DNA of 64,000 bases from Mesorhizobium sp. (GTDB taxonomy: Bacteria > Pseudomonadota > Alphaproteobacteria > Rhizobiales > Rhizobiaceae): assembly GCA_049840935.1 (NCBI GenBank), contig JASGJA010000014.1, positions 304 through 64,303 on the forward strand, given 5' to 3'. The translations under genes and the position numbers were made by a program. Position 1 is the stretch's first letter, and every line of letters starts with the position of its first letter. Below are positions 38,041 to 48,115 of this stretch, piece by piece. The notes beneath the pieces were generated by a model. That model saw only the letters and a list, made by a program, of their open reading frames with translations, ran no database searches and was not told the origin of the DNA.

Positions 38041-38753
38041 TGCAGTCCGGTAACAAGCCTGTTCGTGTGGTGAAAGCCGTGCACGGTGCGGCGGTTCAAG
38101 CCGAAGACCCGGCCTATGAAGTTGGATTGTCAGAGGCGTTGAAGGCGGATTACAGCCGCGACGGTCTGGTCGAGCTTTACGGTCGATTTGCGCAGGGCGA
38201 CGGCAAGCTCGATACGCTGATGCGCCGGGCAATTGTGCGTGCGCTTTCGGTGCGTTGCGGACATGGGCTCAAGATTGGCGCGGGTGCGTGGTTCAAGCAT
38301 GCCGAGACGTTCACGATCGGTAACGGCCTGTTCGTAGGTGCTGGCGCGCAGATACAGGGCCGGTTTGACGGCAGCTTCGTGATTGGCGACAATTGCTGGA
38401 TCGGACCGCAGGCATTCCTCGATGCGCGCGATCTGGTGTTCGGCGACTATGTGGGCTGGGGGCCGGGCGCGAAAATTCTGGGCTCCGCACATAGCGCCAT
38501 GCCGGTCGATGTGCCGATCATCAAAACGGATCTGGAAATTCGGCCCGTGCGCATTGGCGACTGGGCAGATATCGGGACCAACGCGACCATTCTGCCGGGG
38601 GTAACGGTGGGCAAGGGCGCGATCATCGGCGCGGGCGCTGTCGTCGTGGAAGACGTGCCGGATTTTGCGATTGTTGCCGGTGTGCCAGCGCGGGTGCTTC
38701 GCATTCGCTCCAATGATGATGATGTCGAAGGTCGTTCGATTCGTCACGCCTGA
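38041..38753 (+). CDS. Left-handed beta-helix (hexapeptide-repeat) acyl/acetyltransferase
   Basis: Repeated [LIV]-G-x4 hexapeptides (IGDNCWIGPQAFL…VGWGPGAKILG…IGDWADIGTNATILPGVTVGKGAIIGAGAVV). ATG at 38041 follows TGGAG. Confidence 0.8.
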
Positions 38754-38814
38754 CACGCTTCCATACTGCGCTGAAACGGTCTAGAAGCCCGCTTGGACAA
38801 GCGAGGACCATGCA

Positions 38815-39414
38815 ATGGCTGGACGCAGCGCCGAAGTGAGCCGCACGACCAAGGAAACGGACATCGCCGTTTCCCTGCATGTCGATGGAACGGGCAAGGC
38901 TGACATCTCCACAGGGGTCGGTTTTTTCGATCATATGCTGGACCAGCTTTCGCGCCATTCGCTGATCGATATGACGATCAAGGCGAAGGGCGATCTGCAC
39001 ATTGACGATCACCACACCGTTGAGGACACCGGCATTGCGATAGGGCAGGCGCTCTCCAAGGCATTGGGCGAGCGGCGCGGCATTATGCGCTACGCTTCGC
39101 TGGACCTTGCCATGGACGAAACGCTGACGCGCGCGGCGGTGGATGTGTCGGGCAGGCCGTTTCTGGTCTGGGACGTGAATTTCTCTGCGCCGAAGATTGG
39201 GACGTTCGACACCGAACTGGTGCGCGAGTTCTTTAACGCGCTGGCGCAACATGCGGGCATTACCCTGCATGTGAAAAATCACTATGGCGCGAACAATCAC
39301 CACATCGCGGAAACCTGCTTCAAGGCGGTGGCGCGCGTGTTGCGTGCAGCGCTGGAAAGCGACCCGCGCCAGCCTAACGCGGTGCCCTCGACCAAGGGCA
39401 GCCTGAAAGGCTGA
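38815..39414 (+). CDS. hisB: Imidazoleglycerol-phosphate dehydratase
   Basis: RTTKETDI…[12 protein letters not shown]…[12 protein letters not shown]…NNHHIAE motifs. Confidence 0.95.
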   Translation: MAGRSAEVSRTTKETDIAVSLHVDGTGKADISTGVGFFDHMLDQLSRHSLIDMTIKAKGDLHIDDHHTVEDTGIAIGQALSKALGERRGIMRYASLDLAMDETLTRAAVDVSGRPFLVWDVNFSAPKIGTFDTELVREFFNALAQHAGITLHVKNHYGANNHHIAETCFKAVARVLRAALESDPRQPNAVPSTKGSLKG

Positions 39415-39417
39415 ACG

Positions 39418-39789
39418 ATGGCAAGTTTCGTGATTATGGAGCCGCCTGCGGGCAGCAAAGCCGACACCGTTTTGGTGAAGGATGGCTTTGCCCTTTTCGG
39501 TTTTCTCGTGCCACCGCTATGGCTGGCATGGCATCGGCTGTGGCTGGAGGCGATTACGGTCGGCCTGCTGCTGGTCCTGCTCGACTGGCTCGCGCGTGGC
39601 GGCGGCTATGGTGTGTTCGCAGCGATGCTGTCGTTCGCGCTTTGCGCGCTGGTGGGGCTGGAAGGCGCGCGATTGCGGGTCGCGTCGCTGGAGCGGAAAG
39701 GCTGGCATCAGGCTGCCTATATAGACGCAAGGAACAGCGAAGAGGCCGAAGCGCGTTTTGCCTTTGCTCGATTTGGAGTGGCTGCGTGA
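39418..39789 (+). CDS. DUF2628-like small membrane protein
   Basis: 123 aa with two or three hydrophobic segments. Wedged between hisB and hisH, and its stop overlaps the hisH ATG. Confidence 0.6.
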   Translation: MASFVIMEPPAGSKADTVLVKDGFALFGFLVPPLWLAWHRLWLEAITVGLLLVLLDWLARGGGYGVFAAMLSFALCALVGLEGARLRVASLERKGWHQAAYIDARNSEEAEARFAFARFGVAA

Positions 39790-40466
39790 TGCGCGTCGCG
39801 ATCATTGATTACGGTTCAGGCAATCTGCGTTCTGCGACCAAGGCGTTCGAGCGCGCATCTCGTGAGTCGGGCATCGACGCCGAAATCATACTGACGAGCG
39901 ACGCGGAAGCGGTGCGCCATGCGGATCGTATCGTGCTGCCGGGCGTTGGTGCTTATGCAGATTGCCTCGCTGGACTGCTTTCGGTTCCGGGTATGATGGA
40001 AGCTGTTGACGAAGTTGCGGTGCAGCGTGCGCGTCCGTTTCTTGGCATATGTGTCGGCATGCAACTCATGTCCGAGCGTGGTCTTGAGAAGAAAATCAGC
40101 AAGGGCTTTGGCTGGATCGCAGGTGACGTGAAAGAGATCGAACCAAACGATCAGTCGCTGAAAATTCCGCAGATCGGCTGGAATACGATAGCGCTCAAGC
40201 GAGAGCACCCGCTGTTTGAGGGAATCCCCACCGGACCGGACGGCCTACACGCCTATTTTGTGCACTCCTATCACCTCGACGCGAAGAGAGCGGAGCAGGT
40301 TTTGGCGACAACCGACTATGGCGGACCGGTCACGGCTGCCGTGGTCGAAGGCAACCGCGCGGGCACACAATTCCACCCTGAAAAGAGCCAGACGCTAGGT
40401 CTGGCGCTCATCGCCAATTTTCTGAGGTGGCGGCCCCAACAAACCCGCCTCTGCATGCCCGAGTAG
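39789..40466 (+). CDS. hisH: Imidazole glycerol phosphate synthase, glutamine amidotransferase subunit
   Basis: [15 protein letters not shown]…LPGVGAY…GICVGMQL…QFHPEKS. The upstream part of the listed ORF is an artefactual extension. Confidence 0.93.
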   Translation: MRVAIIDYGSGNLRSATKAFERASRESGIDAEIILTSDAEAVRHADRIVLPGVGAYADCLAGLLSVPGMMEAVDEVAVQRARPFLGICVGMQLMSERGLEKKISKGFGWIAGDVKEIEPNDQSLKIPQIGWNTIALKREHPLFEGIPTGPDGLHAYFVHSYHLDAKRAEQVLATTDYGGPVTAAVVEGNRAGTQFHPEKSQTLGLALIANFLRWRPQQTRLCMPE

Positions 40467-40653
40467 CCCACTCGTCAGCGACCGCCAAAACCACCTCATT
40501 GGCATCAACGAAAGGCGCCAAACTATCTCCTATTTGGGCAGCATCTAAGTCCGTGTTTATCAGCCATGTGCTATCAAGTGATCCTATCCGTTAGCCAACC
40601 AAAAGCCAACCTCATAACCAATCATCCACACTCTCTCTCAGAATACTCGTTCC

Positions 40654-41418
40654 ATGATCCTTTTTCCCGCTATCGACCTGAAAGACGGTCAGTGCGTGCG
40701 CCTCAAGCTCGGCGATATGGATCAGGCGACTGTCTATAATGCCGACCCGGCTGCGCAAGCGAGGGCGTTTGAAGATCAGGGATTTGAATGGCTGCATGTG
40801 GTGGACCTGAACGGCGCTTTCGTAGGCGAAAGCGTCAATGGCGCTGCTGTTGAGGCAATTCTGAAGGCGACGACGAATCCAGTGCAGCTTGGCGGCGGCA
40901 TTCGCACGCTGGAACATATCGAGAGTTGGTTGGACAAGGGTCTGACACGCGTGATCCTTGGAACGGTCGCGGTGCGCGACCCGGCACTCGTCAAGCAGGC
41001 ATGCAAACGCTTTCCGGGAAAGATTGCTGTCGGGATCGATGCCAAAGGCGGCAAGGTTGCGGTGGAGGGATGGGCAGAAGCCTCGTCGCTCGGCGTGATC
41101 GAACTTGGTGAGCGTTTCGAGGGAGCGGGCGTTGCCGCGATTATCTACACCGACATTGATCGAGATGGCGTACTGACCGGCATTAATTGGGAATCCACGA
41201 TTGCGCTGGCGGAAGCGGTAAGCATTCCGGTGATCGCATCTGGTGGGCTGGCGTCGATTGCAGATATTGTGCGCATGACCATGCCTGACGCGCAGAAGCT
41301 GGAAGGAGCGATTTCCGGGCGCGCGCTCTATGATGGGCGCATTGATCCGGCGGAAGCGCTTGGCATTTTGCGTGGGACGCTCAAGGCGGAGCCTGCGTTG
41401 TTCGAGGAAACGAGATGA
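40654..41418 (+). CDS. hisA: 1-(5-phosphoribosyl)-5-[(5-phosphoribosylamino)methylideneamino]imidazole-4-carboxamide isomerase
   Basis: [17 protein letters not shown]…LHVVDLNGA…GGGIR…. Confidence 0.95.
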   Translation: MILFPAIDLKDGQCVRLKLGDMDQATVYNADPAAQARAFEDQGFEWLHVVDLNGAFVGESVNGAAVEAILKATTNPVQLGGGIRTLEHIESWLDKGLTRVILGTVAVRDPALVKQACKRFPGKIAVGIDAKGGKVAVEGWAEASSLGVIELGERFEGAGVAAIIYTDIDRDGVLTGINWESTIALAEAVSIPVIASGGLASIADIVRMTMPDAQKLEGAISGRALYDGRIDPAEALGILRGTLKAEPALFEETR

Positions 41419-42209
41419 CCCTGAAAGCACGCGTCATTCCCTGCCTCGACGTTAAGGATGGGCGGGTGGTCAAAGGCGTCAATTTCGTCGATCTGGTCGA
41501 CGCGGGCGATCCGGTAGAGGCTGCGAAGGCCTATGATGCGGCGGGCGCGGATGAACTGTGCTTCCTCGACATCACTGCTTCTTCCGACAATCGCGAAACC
41601 ATTTTCGATGTAGTTGCCCGCACGGCGGAGCAATGCTTCATGCCGCTGACAGTTGGCGGCGGTGTTCGTCAGGTGGCGGACATTCGCAAGCTCCTGTTGG
41701 CAGGGGCAGACAAGGTTTCGATCAATACGGCGGCGGTAAAAAACCCGGAGTTCGTAGCCGAGGCGGCAGACAAATTCGGCAATCAGTGCATTGTCGTCGC
41801 CATCGATGCGAAGAAGGTTTCGCAGGCAAGCGAGACCGACCGTTGGGAAATTTTCACCCATGGCGGACGGCAGGCGACTGGCATTGATGCGATTGAGTTC
41901 GCGCGCAAGGTGGTCGATCTGGGGGCAGGCGAAATCTTGCTGACGTCAATGGATCGTGACGGCACCAAGGCCGGTTATGACATTGCACTGACGCGCGCGA
42001 TTGCGGATGCGGTGCGCGCTCCTGTGATCGCATCCGGTGGTGTCGGAACGCTTGACCATATGGTTGCGGGCATTCGCGATGGACACGCAACCGCGGTGCT
42101 TGCGGCCTCGATTTTCCACTTTGGAACCTATTCTATAGGTGAGGCGAAGGCGTTTATGGCAAAGGCCGGTTTGCCGATGCGGCTGGACTCAGACGCCGCG
42201 TCGTCATAA
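41415..42209 (+). CDS. hisF: Imidazole glycerol phosphate synthase cyclase subunit
   Basis: [19 protein letters not shown]…[11 protein letters not shown]…[15 protein letters not shown]. Confidence 0.96.
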   Translation: MTLKARVIPCLDVKDGRVVKGVNFVDLVDAGDPVEAAKAYDAAGADELCFLDITASSDNRETIFDVVARTAEQCFMPLTVGGGVRQVADIRKLLLAGADKVSINTAAVKNPEFVAEAADKFGNQCIVVAIDAKKVSQASETDRWEIFTHGGRQATGIDAIEFARKVVDLGAGEILLTSMDRDGTKAGYDIALTRAIADAVRAPVIASGGVGTLDHMVAGIRDGHATAVLAASIFHFGTYSIGEAKAFMAKAGLPMRLDSDAASS

Positions 42210-42218
42210 ACGGCGAAA

Positions 42219-42539
42219 ATGAGCACTTTTTCGCTGCAAGACCTTGAGAAGATTATCGCTGAACGCGGGCGTTCGGGCGATACGGATTCTTGGACAGCAA
42301 AACTTTTCGCGAAGGGGATCGACAAAGCCGCACAGAAGCTTGGCGAAGAGGCGGTCGAGACGGTGATTTCCGCCGTGAAGGGGGATCGGCAAGGGGTGGT
42401 CGCTGAAAGTGCAGACCTGATCTATCACTGGTTGGTGGTGCTGGCGCTTGCTGGTGTGCCACTATCTGATGTCATCAGCGAACTGGAGCGGCGCACCGCG
42501 CAATCCGGTGTTGCTGAAAAGGCTTCGCGCGGCGGATAG
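42219..42539 (+). CDS. hisE: Phosphoribosyl-ATP pyrophosphatase
   Basis: [24 protein letters not shown]…[13 protein letters not shown]. Confidence 0.9.
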   Translation: MSTFSLQDLEKIIAERGRSGDTDSWTAKLFAKGIDKAAQKLGEEAVETVISAVKGDRQGVVAESADLIYHWLVVLALAGVPLSDVISELERRTAQSGVAEKASRGG

Positions 42540-42561
42540 CGTGCGGCGTCTGGGAGGGGAC

Positions 42562-43521
42562 ATGGACCAGCTTGTACCGGGCGAGAAATACTCGCCCTAC
42601 CGCTTTTTCTCTGCCGAGAAATGGTCGCAGTTTCGCGCTGATACGCCTTTGACGCTTGGTCTGGAAGAGATCAAACGGTTGCGTTCGCTGAACGATCCGG
42701 TCGATCTGGAAGAGGTCAAGCGCATCTATCTTTCCATGTCGCGCCTGCTTTCGGCACATGTCGAAGCAAGCCAGTTGCTGTTCGAGCAGCGCCGCGATTT
42801 TCTCAACGTGCCGGATGCGGAGAAGACGCCGTTCATTATCGGCATTGCCGGATCGGTTGCGGTGGGAAAATCGACCACCGCGCGCGTGTTGAAGGAGTTG
42901 CTGGCGCGCTGGCCGTCCAGCCCGAAGGTCGATCTCGTGACCACGGACGGCTTTCTGCTGCCGAACGAAGTTCTGCGCGAGCGCAACATGATGGATCGCA
43001 AGGGCTTTCCCGACAGCTATGATGTGGGCGCGTTGTTGCGGTTTCTCTCGGCCATAAAGTCGGGCAAGGCAGATGTTCCAGCGCCCGTCTATTCGCATCT
43101 GATCTATGACGTCTTGCCGGGTGAGTTCGTGACGATCGACCGGCCTGACATTCTGATTTTCGAGGGCATTAATGTGCTCCAGCCGGGCAAGCTCTCACCG
43201 GATGGGAAGTTCGTGCCGTTCCTTTCGGACTTCTTCGACTTCGCAATTTATATCGATGCGGACGAAGACCTGATCCACGAATGGTACATCCGGCGCTTCA
43301 TGCGGCTGCGTGAAACTGCGTTCCGCGATCCGCAGTCATTCTTCCATCGCTATTCGCAACTGTCGGAAGATGCTGCGCGCGCGATTGCGGAAGGGCTTTG
43401 GGAGAACATCAACCTGAAAAACCTGCGCGAGAATATTCTGCCGACACGTCCTCGCGCCGACCTGATCCTGCGCAAAGGCGAGGATCATCTGGTCAAGGAA
43501 GTCGCGCTGCGGAAGCTCTAG
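42562..43521 (+). CDS. coaA: Type I pantothenate kinase
   Basis: [11 protein letters not shown]…[19 protein letters not shown]…YSHLIYD. Start set at the [13 protein letters not shown]. Confidence 0.92.
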   Translation: MDQLVPGEKYSPYRFFSAEKWSQFRADTPLTLGLEEIKRLRSLNDPVDLEEVKRIYLSMSRLLSAHVEASQLLFEQRRDFLNVPDAEKTPFIIGIAGSVAVGKSTTARVLKELLARWPSSPKVDLVTTDGFLLPNEVLRERNMMDRKGFPDSYDVGALLRFLSAIKSGKADVPAPVYSHLIYDVLPGEFVTIDRPDILIFEGINVLQPGKLSPDGKFVPFLSDFFDFAIYIDADEDLIHEWYIRRFMRLRETAFRDPQSFFHRYSQLSEDAARAIAEGLWENINLKNLRENILPTRPRADLILRKGEDHLVKEVALRKL

Positions 43522-44918
43522 CCGTTCCAGACGCCTTCGCGGCGCAGATCGTCCATCGTGCGACAGATGCCCTCGCGCAGAATCGAAACCATGTCATCAA
43601 TCTGCGGTTCGGTGATGATGAGCGGCGGTGACATAACGCACATGTTGATGAGCGGGCGAACCAGCAATCCAAGCTCATGGCAATGCGCATCAATGCGCGC
43701 GCCGACCGCTTTGTCCAATTGCAGCGGATTGCGGCTTTCCCGGTCGGCAACACACTCTACGCAGGCCATCAGGCCAAGGCCGCGCACCTCACCGACGAGT
43801 GGTAATTCCTCAAGCTTCTTGAGTTGCGACTGGAAGTAGGGCGCAACCTTGCGCGTATGAGCCAGCACACTCTCTTCCAGCAGGTCGAGATTTTTCAACG
43901 CGACAGCGCAGCCGATAGGATGACTGGAATAGGTCAGGCCGTGACCGAACATGGCGTCTGGATGATTGGAGCGACGCAAATCTTCCATCAGTCGAGCCGA
44001 GACGACCATGCCGCCAAGCGGGAAATAGCCCGATGTAATGCCCTTGGCGAAGGTGATGATATCCGGCTCGATGCCGAACACGTCTTTCGATGCAAAAACA
44101 TGGCCGAGCCTGCCGAAAGCTGTGACTACCTCATCTGAAACGTAGAGAATATCGTTTGCGCGGCAAATTTCGCGAATGCGTTTCAGATAATTGCCGGGCG
44201 GGACGATAACGCCACCGGATGCCTGCACCGGCTCGCCGACAAATGCGCCTATACGCTCCGCACCGACACGTCCAATGGTTTCTTCAAACTCCGTTACGAG
44301 AAACTGCTCGAACGCTTCGACGGACATGCCAGCAGGGCGGCGGAACGGGTCCGGTGCGCTGAGCTTGATGACCAGTTCTTTCGCGCCGTCCATCCAATCG
44401 AGATCGCGCGGGCGGCCATTGAGGGAGGCCGAAAGATAGGTCGAGCCATGATAGGCACCACCGCGCGAAAGGATCAGCTTCTTTTCAGGGCGGCCGCGCA
44501 CATTGTTGTAGAACTGCATAAAGCGCAGCGCGCTCTCCACCGCAGAAGACCCACCGGTAGTGAAAAAAACATGGTCGAGATCGCCCGGCGCATGGGCCGC
44601 GATGCGCTCCGCCAGAACGGCTGATGCCTCGTTCATCGTGTACCACGGCGTGTTGTAGGACAGCGCCATCGCTTGGTCGTACATGACCTGAGCCAGCTCC
44701 GCGCGGCGATGGCCGACATTCGTGCACCACATGCCCGCGGGGCCGTCGATGAGGCGCTTGCCATCGCCATCGGTGATGTAAATGCCGTCACCCTCTCCTA
44801 TCAGGGTTCGTGCTTCCGCACCGATAGAGCCCGCGACAGGCCACGGCTGTATGAGATGGCGCTCGGCCAGCGTTACCGTGTCGGCGTCGTCGATTTGTCT
44901 CAATGCGGCCATGGACAT
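43518..44918 (-). CDS. Class III (omega) aminotransferase, SpuC/putrescine-pyruvate type
   Basis: …[14 protein letters not shown]…[16 protein letters not shown]…[15 protein letters not shown] (PLP lysine context). ATG at 44918 follows GGAGAG. Confidence 0.88.
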   Translation of the reverse strand: MSMAALRQIDDADTVTLAERHLIQPWPVAGSIGAEARTLIGEGDGIYITDGDGKRLIDGPAGMWCTNVGHRRAELAQVMYDQAMALSYNTPWYTMNEASAVLAERIAAHAPGDLDHVFFTTGGSSAVESALRFMQFYNNVRGRPEKKLILSRGGAYHGSTYLSASLNGRPRDLDWMDGAKELVIKLSAPDPFRRPAGMSVEAFEQFLVTEFEETIGRVGAERIGAFVGEPVQASGGVIVPPGNYLKRIREICRANDILYVSDEVVTAFGRLGHVFASKDVFGIEPDIITFAKGITSGYFPLGGMVVSARLMEDLRRSNHPDAMFGHGLTYSSHPIGCAVALKNLDLLEESVLAHTRKVAPYFQSQLKKLEELPLVGEVRGLGLMACVECVADRESRNPLQLDKAVGARIDAHCHELGLLVRPLINMCVMSPPLIITEPQIDDMVSILREGICRTMDDLRREGVWNG

Positions 44919-45117
44919 CTCTCCAGATCCCCGCCAAGTCCGCTTTTCGCAAGCATTCTTGACAGTCGTTTTGAATAAGCGTTCAATCAATATCGCAGAG
45001 GTTGATTTCAATTTCAATCTCTGGATACGATCAGCACATAGCGGCGCTGCGTCGCGAGTGAGGTGGCTTCAAAATGAGAATCGCGCTCGTGCCCGAGATA
45101 AAGCCCGGAACGCTGCA

Positions 45118-46035
45118 ATGACGATTGCTGCGGAAGGGAAGCCGGATGATTCGGCGCAACAGGCTGGAAGACCTGCCCTTCTGCAATCCGAGGCCGCTCA
45201 AGGCATTGCGCTGATAAGCCCGACATTTCTTTACGCACTGGCAATGCTGGCGGTGCCGATACTGGTGACGTTCGCCCATAGTTTCTGGACGCAGAACTAC
45301 ATGGTGATCGACCGCACCTTCACGCTGGAGAATTATCGAATTGCGCTCACCGAACCGATCTATCGCGACCTGCTGTGGAGGTCGCTGTTCATTTCGCTGA
45401 TGGTCAGCTTTGTGACGGTCGTGCTGGCGTACCCGATTGCCTATTTCATCTCGTTTCATGGCGGTCGCCACAAGGGGCTGTGGCTGTTCCTCATCACCAT
45501 TCCATTCTGGACGAGCTATCTGCTGCGCGTGATGTCGTGGAAGGTGATTCTCGGATTCAACGGTGTGCTTAATTCGGGCCTGCTGGCGCTCGGCATTATC
45601 AGCGAGCCATCCACCGCCTTTCTGTACAATACGAATGCGGTGATCATCACACTTACGCACGCTTGGGCCGCGTTCGCGATTCTGCCGATTTTCGTTTCAC
45701 TGGAAAAGGTGGACCGCACGTTGATCGAGGCTGCGACCGATCTGGGCGACGGTGCTGTGCGTAGATTTTTGCGGGTGACGTTGCCGCTCTCCATGCCCGG
45801 CGTCATTTCCGCGCTGATGATCGTGATGATCCCAACGGTAGGCGACTACGTGACGCCGCGACTCGTTGGCGGAAAAGACGGGGTGATGATCGCCAACGCC
45901 ATTCAGGCGCAGTTTGGCAAGGCGGCGAACTGGCCTCTCGGCGCGGCGCTATCAGTAACGTCGATGGTGGTCGTGACCGCAATGGCGGGCGCGACAGTGT
46001 TCATACTGAAATGGGCAGCGAGGCAGGCCCGATGA
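45118..46035 (+). CDS. ABC transporter permease (PotB/spermidine-putrescine type)
   Basis: Six-TM MetI-like permease with an EAA loop (IEAATDLGDGAVRRFLRVTLP). Start set at ATG 45118, because the longer ORF overlaps the divergent aminotransferase. Confidence 0.85.
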   Translation: MTIAAEGKPDDSAQQAGRPALLQSEAAQGIALISPTFLYALAMLAVPILVTFAHSFWTQNYMVIDRTFTLENYRIALTEPIYRDLLWRSLFISLMVSFVTVVLAYPIAYFISFHGGRHKGLWLFLITIPFWTSYLLRVMSWKVILGFNGVLNSGLLALGIISEPSTAFLYNTNAVIITLTHAWAAFAILPIFVSLEKVDRTLIEAATDLGDGAVRRFLRVTLPLSMPGVISALMIVMIPTVGDYVTPRLVGGKDGVMIANAIQAQFGKAANWPLGAALSVTSMVVVTAMAGATVFILKWAARQAR

Positions 46036-46853
46036 GCATTGTGCGCAGACTGCTTTCGAACTGGCTGCCGGTCTATGCCGTGCTCTATGTGGCGTTCCTT
46101 TATCTCCCAATCCTGCTGCTGCCGATATTCTCGGTCAACCAGTCGGCGGTGCCGAAATTCCCACTGACCGGCTATACGCTGAAATGGTATGAAGGCCTGC
46201 CGAACACGCCGGAACTGTTGTCCTCGGCGTGGAACAGCCTGATCGTCGGGTTGTCCGCGTCAATCGTGAGCACGATCCTCGGCATCTGCGCGGCGCGTGC
46301 GATAACGCGCTATCGGTTTCGCGCACAGAGGGTAGCGAGCGGGTTGATCATGGCACCGCTGGTTCTGCCAGAAATTATCGTCGCGGTCTCAATGCTGCTT
46401 GTTCTGCTGCAACTCGGCATCGGCCTCTCGCTTTTCACGGTCGTTCTCGGCCACATTCTTATCTGCATTCCCTATTCGGTGACGGTGTTGATTTCCGGCT
46501 TCGAGGGGTTCGACCGGAGCCTTGAGGAAGCATCTGCCGATCTTGGCGAAAGCGCGTGGGGCACCTTCCGACGCGTGACACTGCCCATGGTCGCGCCCGC
46601 AATTATTTCTAGCTTGCTGGTCTCGTTCACCATCTCGCTGGACGAGTTCATTCTGGCGTTCTTCCTGTCCGGAACGGAGCCGACGCTGCCCGTCTACATC
46701 TGGGGTCAGTTGCGGTTTGCCGCCAAACTGCCGAGCGTGTTGGCGCTGGGCACGCTGCTTTTGCTGGCTTCGTTCCTGATGCTGTCTATCGCTGAAATCA
46801 TGCGCCGCCGTGCCGCGCGCCGCGCGCAGAATGAGGGAGGTGTCTATGCCTGA
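46032..46853 (+). CDS. ABC transporter permease (PotC type)
   Basis: EAA loop EEASADLGESAWGTFRRVTLP. ATGA overlap with the preceding permease. Confidence 0.85.
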   Translation: MSIVRRLLSNWLPVYAVLYVAFLYLPILLLPIFSVNQSAVPKFPLTGYTLKWYEGLPNTPELLSSAWNSLIVGLSASIVSTILGICAARAITRYRFRAQRVASGLIMAPLVLPEIIVAVSMLLVLLQLGIGLSLFTVVLGHILICIPYSVTVLISGFEGFDRSLEEASADLGESAWGTFRRVTLPMVAPAIISSLLVSFTISLDEFILAFFLSGTEPTLPVYIWGQLRFAAKLPSVLALGTLLLLASFLMLSIAEIMRRRAARRAQNEGGVYA

Positions 46854-47934
46854 GACGCCGATGATTCACATCGACCATGTGACGCGGGCTTATGGTGCGT
46901 TCAAGGCGCTCGACGACGCTTCGCTGACGATCCGCAAAGGCGAATTCTTTTCACTGCTCGGACCATCGGGCTGCGGCAAGACCACCTTGCTGCGCATGAT
47001 CGGCGGTTTCGACAATCCTACATCGGGCACGATCTATCTCGACGGTCAGGCCATGAACGGCATTCCGGCCAATCGCCGCCCGACCAATATGGTGTTCCAG
47101 AGTTATGCAATTTTTCCGCATCTGAACGTGGCGCAAAATGTTGCGTATGGCCTGAAGCGCTTGCGATTGGACGCAGCCGAAGAAAAGCGGCGCGTGGAAG
47201 AAGCGCTTGGTCAGGTATCGATGGCGCATCTTGGAAAGCGCGGCGCCACGGAATTGTCAGGCGGGCAACGTCAGCGCGTGGCGCTCGCACGCGCGCTGGT
47301 GATGCGGCCCAAGGTTTTGCTGCTGGACGAACCGCTGTCAGCGCTCGACAAGAAGCTGCGTGAACAGATGCAGGTGGAGCTGCGCAAGCTTCAACAAGCC
47401 GTAGGCATCACCTTTATTCTCGTGACGCATGACCAGTATGAAGCGCTGGCAATGTCGGACCGCATCGCGGTGATGTTCAGCGGAAACATCGCGCAGGTTG
47501 CGGCACCGAAGGATATTTACCAGCGGCCAGTGAATCGTCAGGTGGCGGATTTCGTCGGCGGCATGAATTTTGTTGCGGCGGAAATCGTGGGTGAGGATAG
47601 CGGAACAATCACAGTTCAAACGGCAAGCTTCGGGCGGGTGAAAACAGAGAAGCCCGCGCAGTTTGTTGCGAAGGGCAAGGCGACGACGCTCGGCATTCGC
47701 CCTGAACGCCTGCGCGTGCTGTGGGACAATGCCACCGACAAGCACGAAATTGCGGGCAAGGTCGTTGATCGGCACTATTTCGGGGAAATTACGCACCTGA
47801 TCGTGCAAGTGCCAGGAATGGAGCAACCGCTATCCGTCTCGGAGACGAACAATTTCGGGGCAGACGATATTCCGGTCGGCGCACCAATTCGCCTCGCCTA
47901 CGATCCCGACGCGCTGGTGGCTTTGGCGGATTGA
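46846..47934 (+). CDS. ABC transporter ATP-binding protein (PotA type)
   Basis: Walker A GPSGCGKTT, LSGGQRQRVALARAL, LLLDEPLSALD and a C-terminal TOBE-like domain. GGGAGG Shine-Dalgarno sequence. Confidence 0.9.
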   Translation: MPETPMIHIDHVTRAYGAFKALDDASLTIRKGEFFSLLGPSGCGKTTLLRMIGGFDNPTSGTIYLDGQAMNGIPANRRPTNMVFQSYAIFPHLNVAQNVAYGLKRLRLDAAEEKRRVEEALGQVSMAHLGKRGATELSGGQRQRVALARALVMRPKVLLLDEPLSALDKKLREQMQVELRKLQQAVGITFILVTHDQYEALAMSDRIAVMFSGNIAQVAAPKDIYQRPVNRQVADFVGGMNFVAAEIVGEDSGTITVQTASFGRVKTEKPAQFVAKGKATTLGIRPERLRVLWDNATDKHEIAGKVVDRHYFGEITHLIVQVPGMEQPLSVSETNNFGADDIPVGAPIRLAYDPDALVALAD

Positions 47935-47948
47935 GACTATCCCTCGTT

Positions 47949-48075
47949 CCTTCTCCCCGTTTACGGGGAGAAGGTGGCCCCAAGGGCCGGATGAGGGGCC
48001 ATGAAATATTTTCTTAGGATTCGCGCCGCCCCTCACTTGCCTGCCCGCCTCTCCCCGTGAACGGGGAGAGGCGGG
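47949..48075. repeat. GC-rich palindromic intergenic repeat (two inverted units, REP/MITE-like family)
   Basis: Unit 1 (47949-47998): CCTTCTCCCCGTTTACGGGGAGAAGGTGGCCCCAAGGGCCGGATGAGGGG. Unit 2 (48029-48075): CCCCTCACTTGCCTGCCCGCCTCTCCCCGTGAACGGGGAGAGGCGGG. Same family as the element at 59494-59647. Each unit carries its own hairpin. Confidence 0.65.
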
Positions 48076-48115
48076 CGGTGGCAACGATATCGTAAACCTG
48101 AAGCGCAGGCTTCCC

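Noticed and set aside
27055-38753. Calling the accessory block a mobile genomic island
   Set aside because: No integrase, transposase, tRNA attachment site or flanking direct repeats are visible. GC content does not look obviously different by eye. Only its accessory, non-backbone status is claimed.
38623-39303. 226-aa minus-strand ORF spanning the acetyltransferase 3' end and hisB
   Set aside because: It is antisense to hisB, which has unambiguous motifs, and crosses an intergenic region. It is Arg/His-rich with no motifs.
39519-39788. Long upstream extension of the hisH ORF (315 aa as listed)
   Set aside because: The extension is Arg/Ala-rich and overlaps the DUF2628 gene in another frame. 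The canonical HisH N-terminus [13 protein letters not shown] starts at 39789.
44782-45117. Upstream extension of the PotB-like permease ORF, overlapping the divergent aminotransferase gene
   Set aside because: It would overlap the aminotransferase 5' end by more than 130 nt on the opposite strand. The permease-like sequence only begins after the ATG at 45118.
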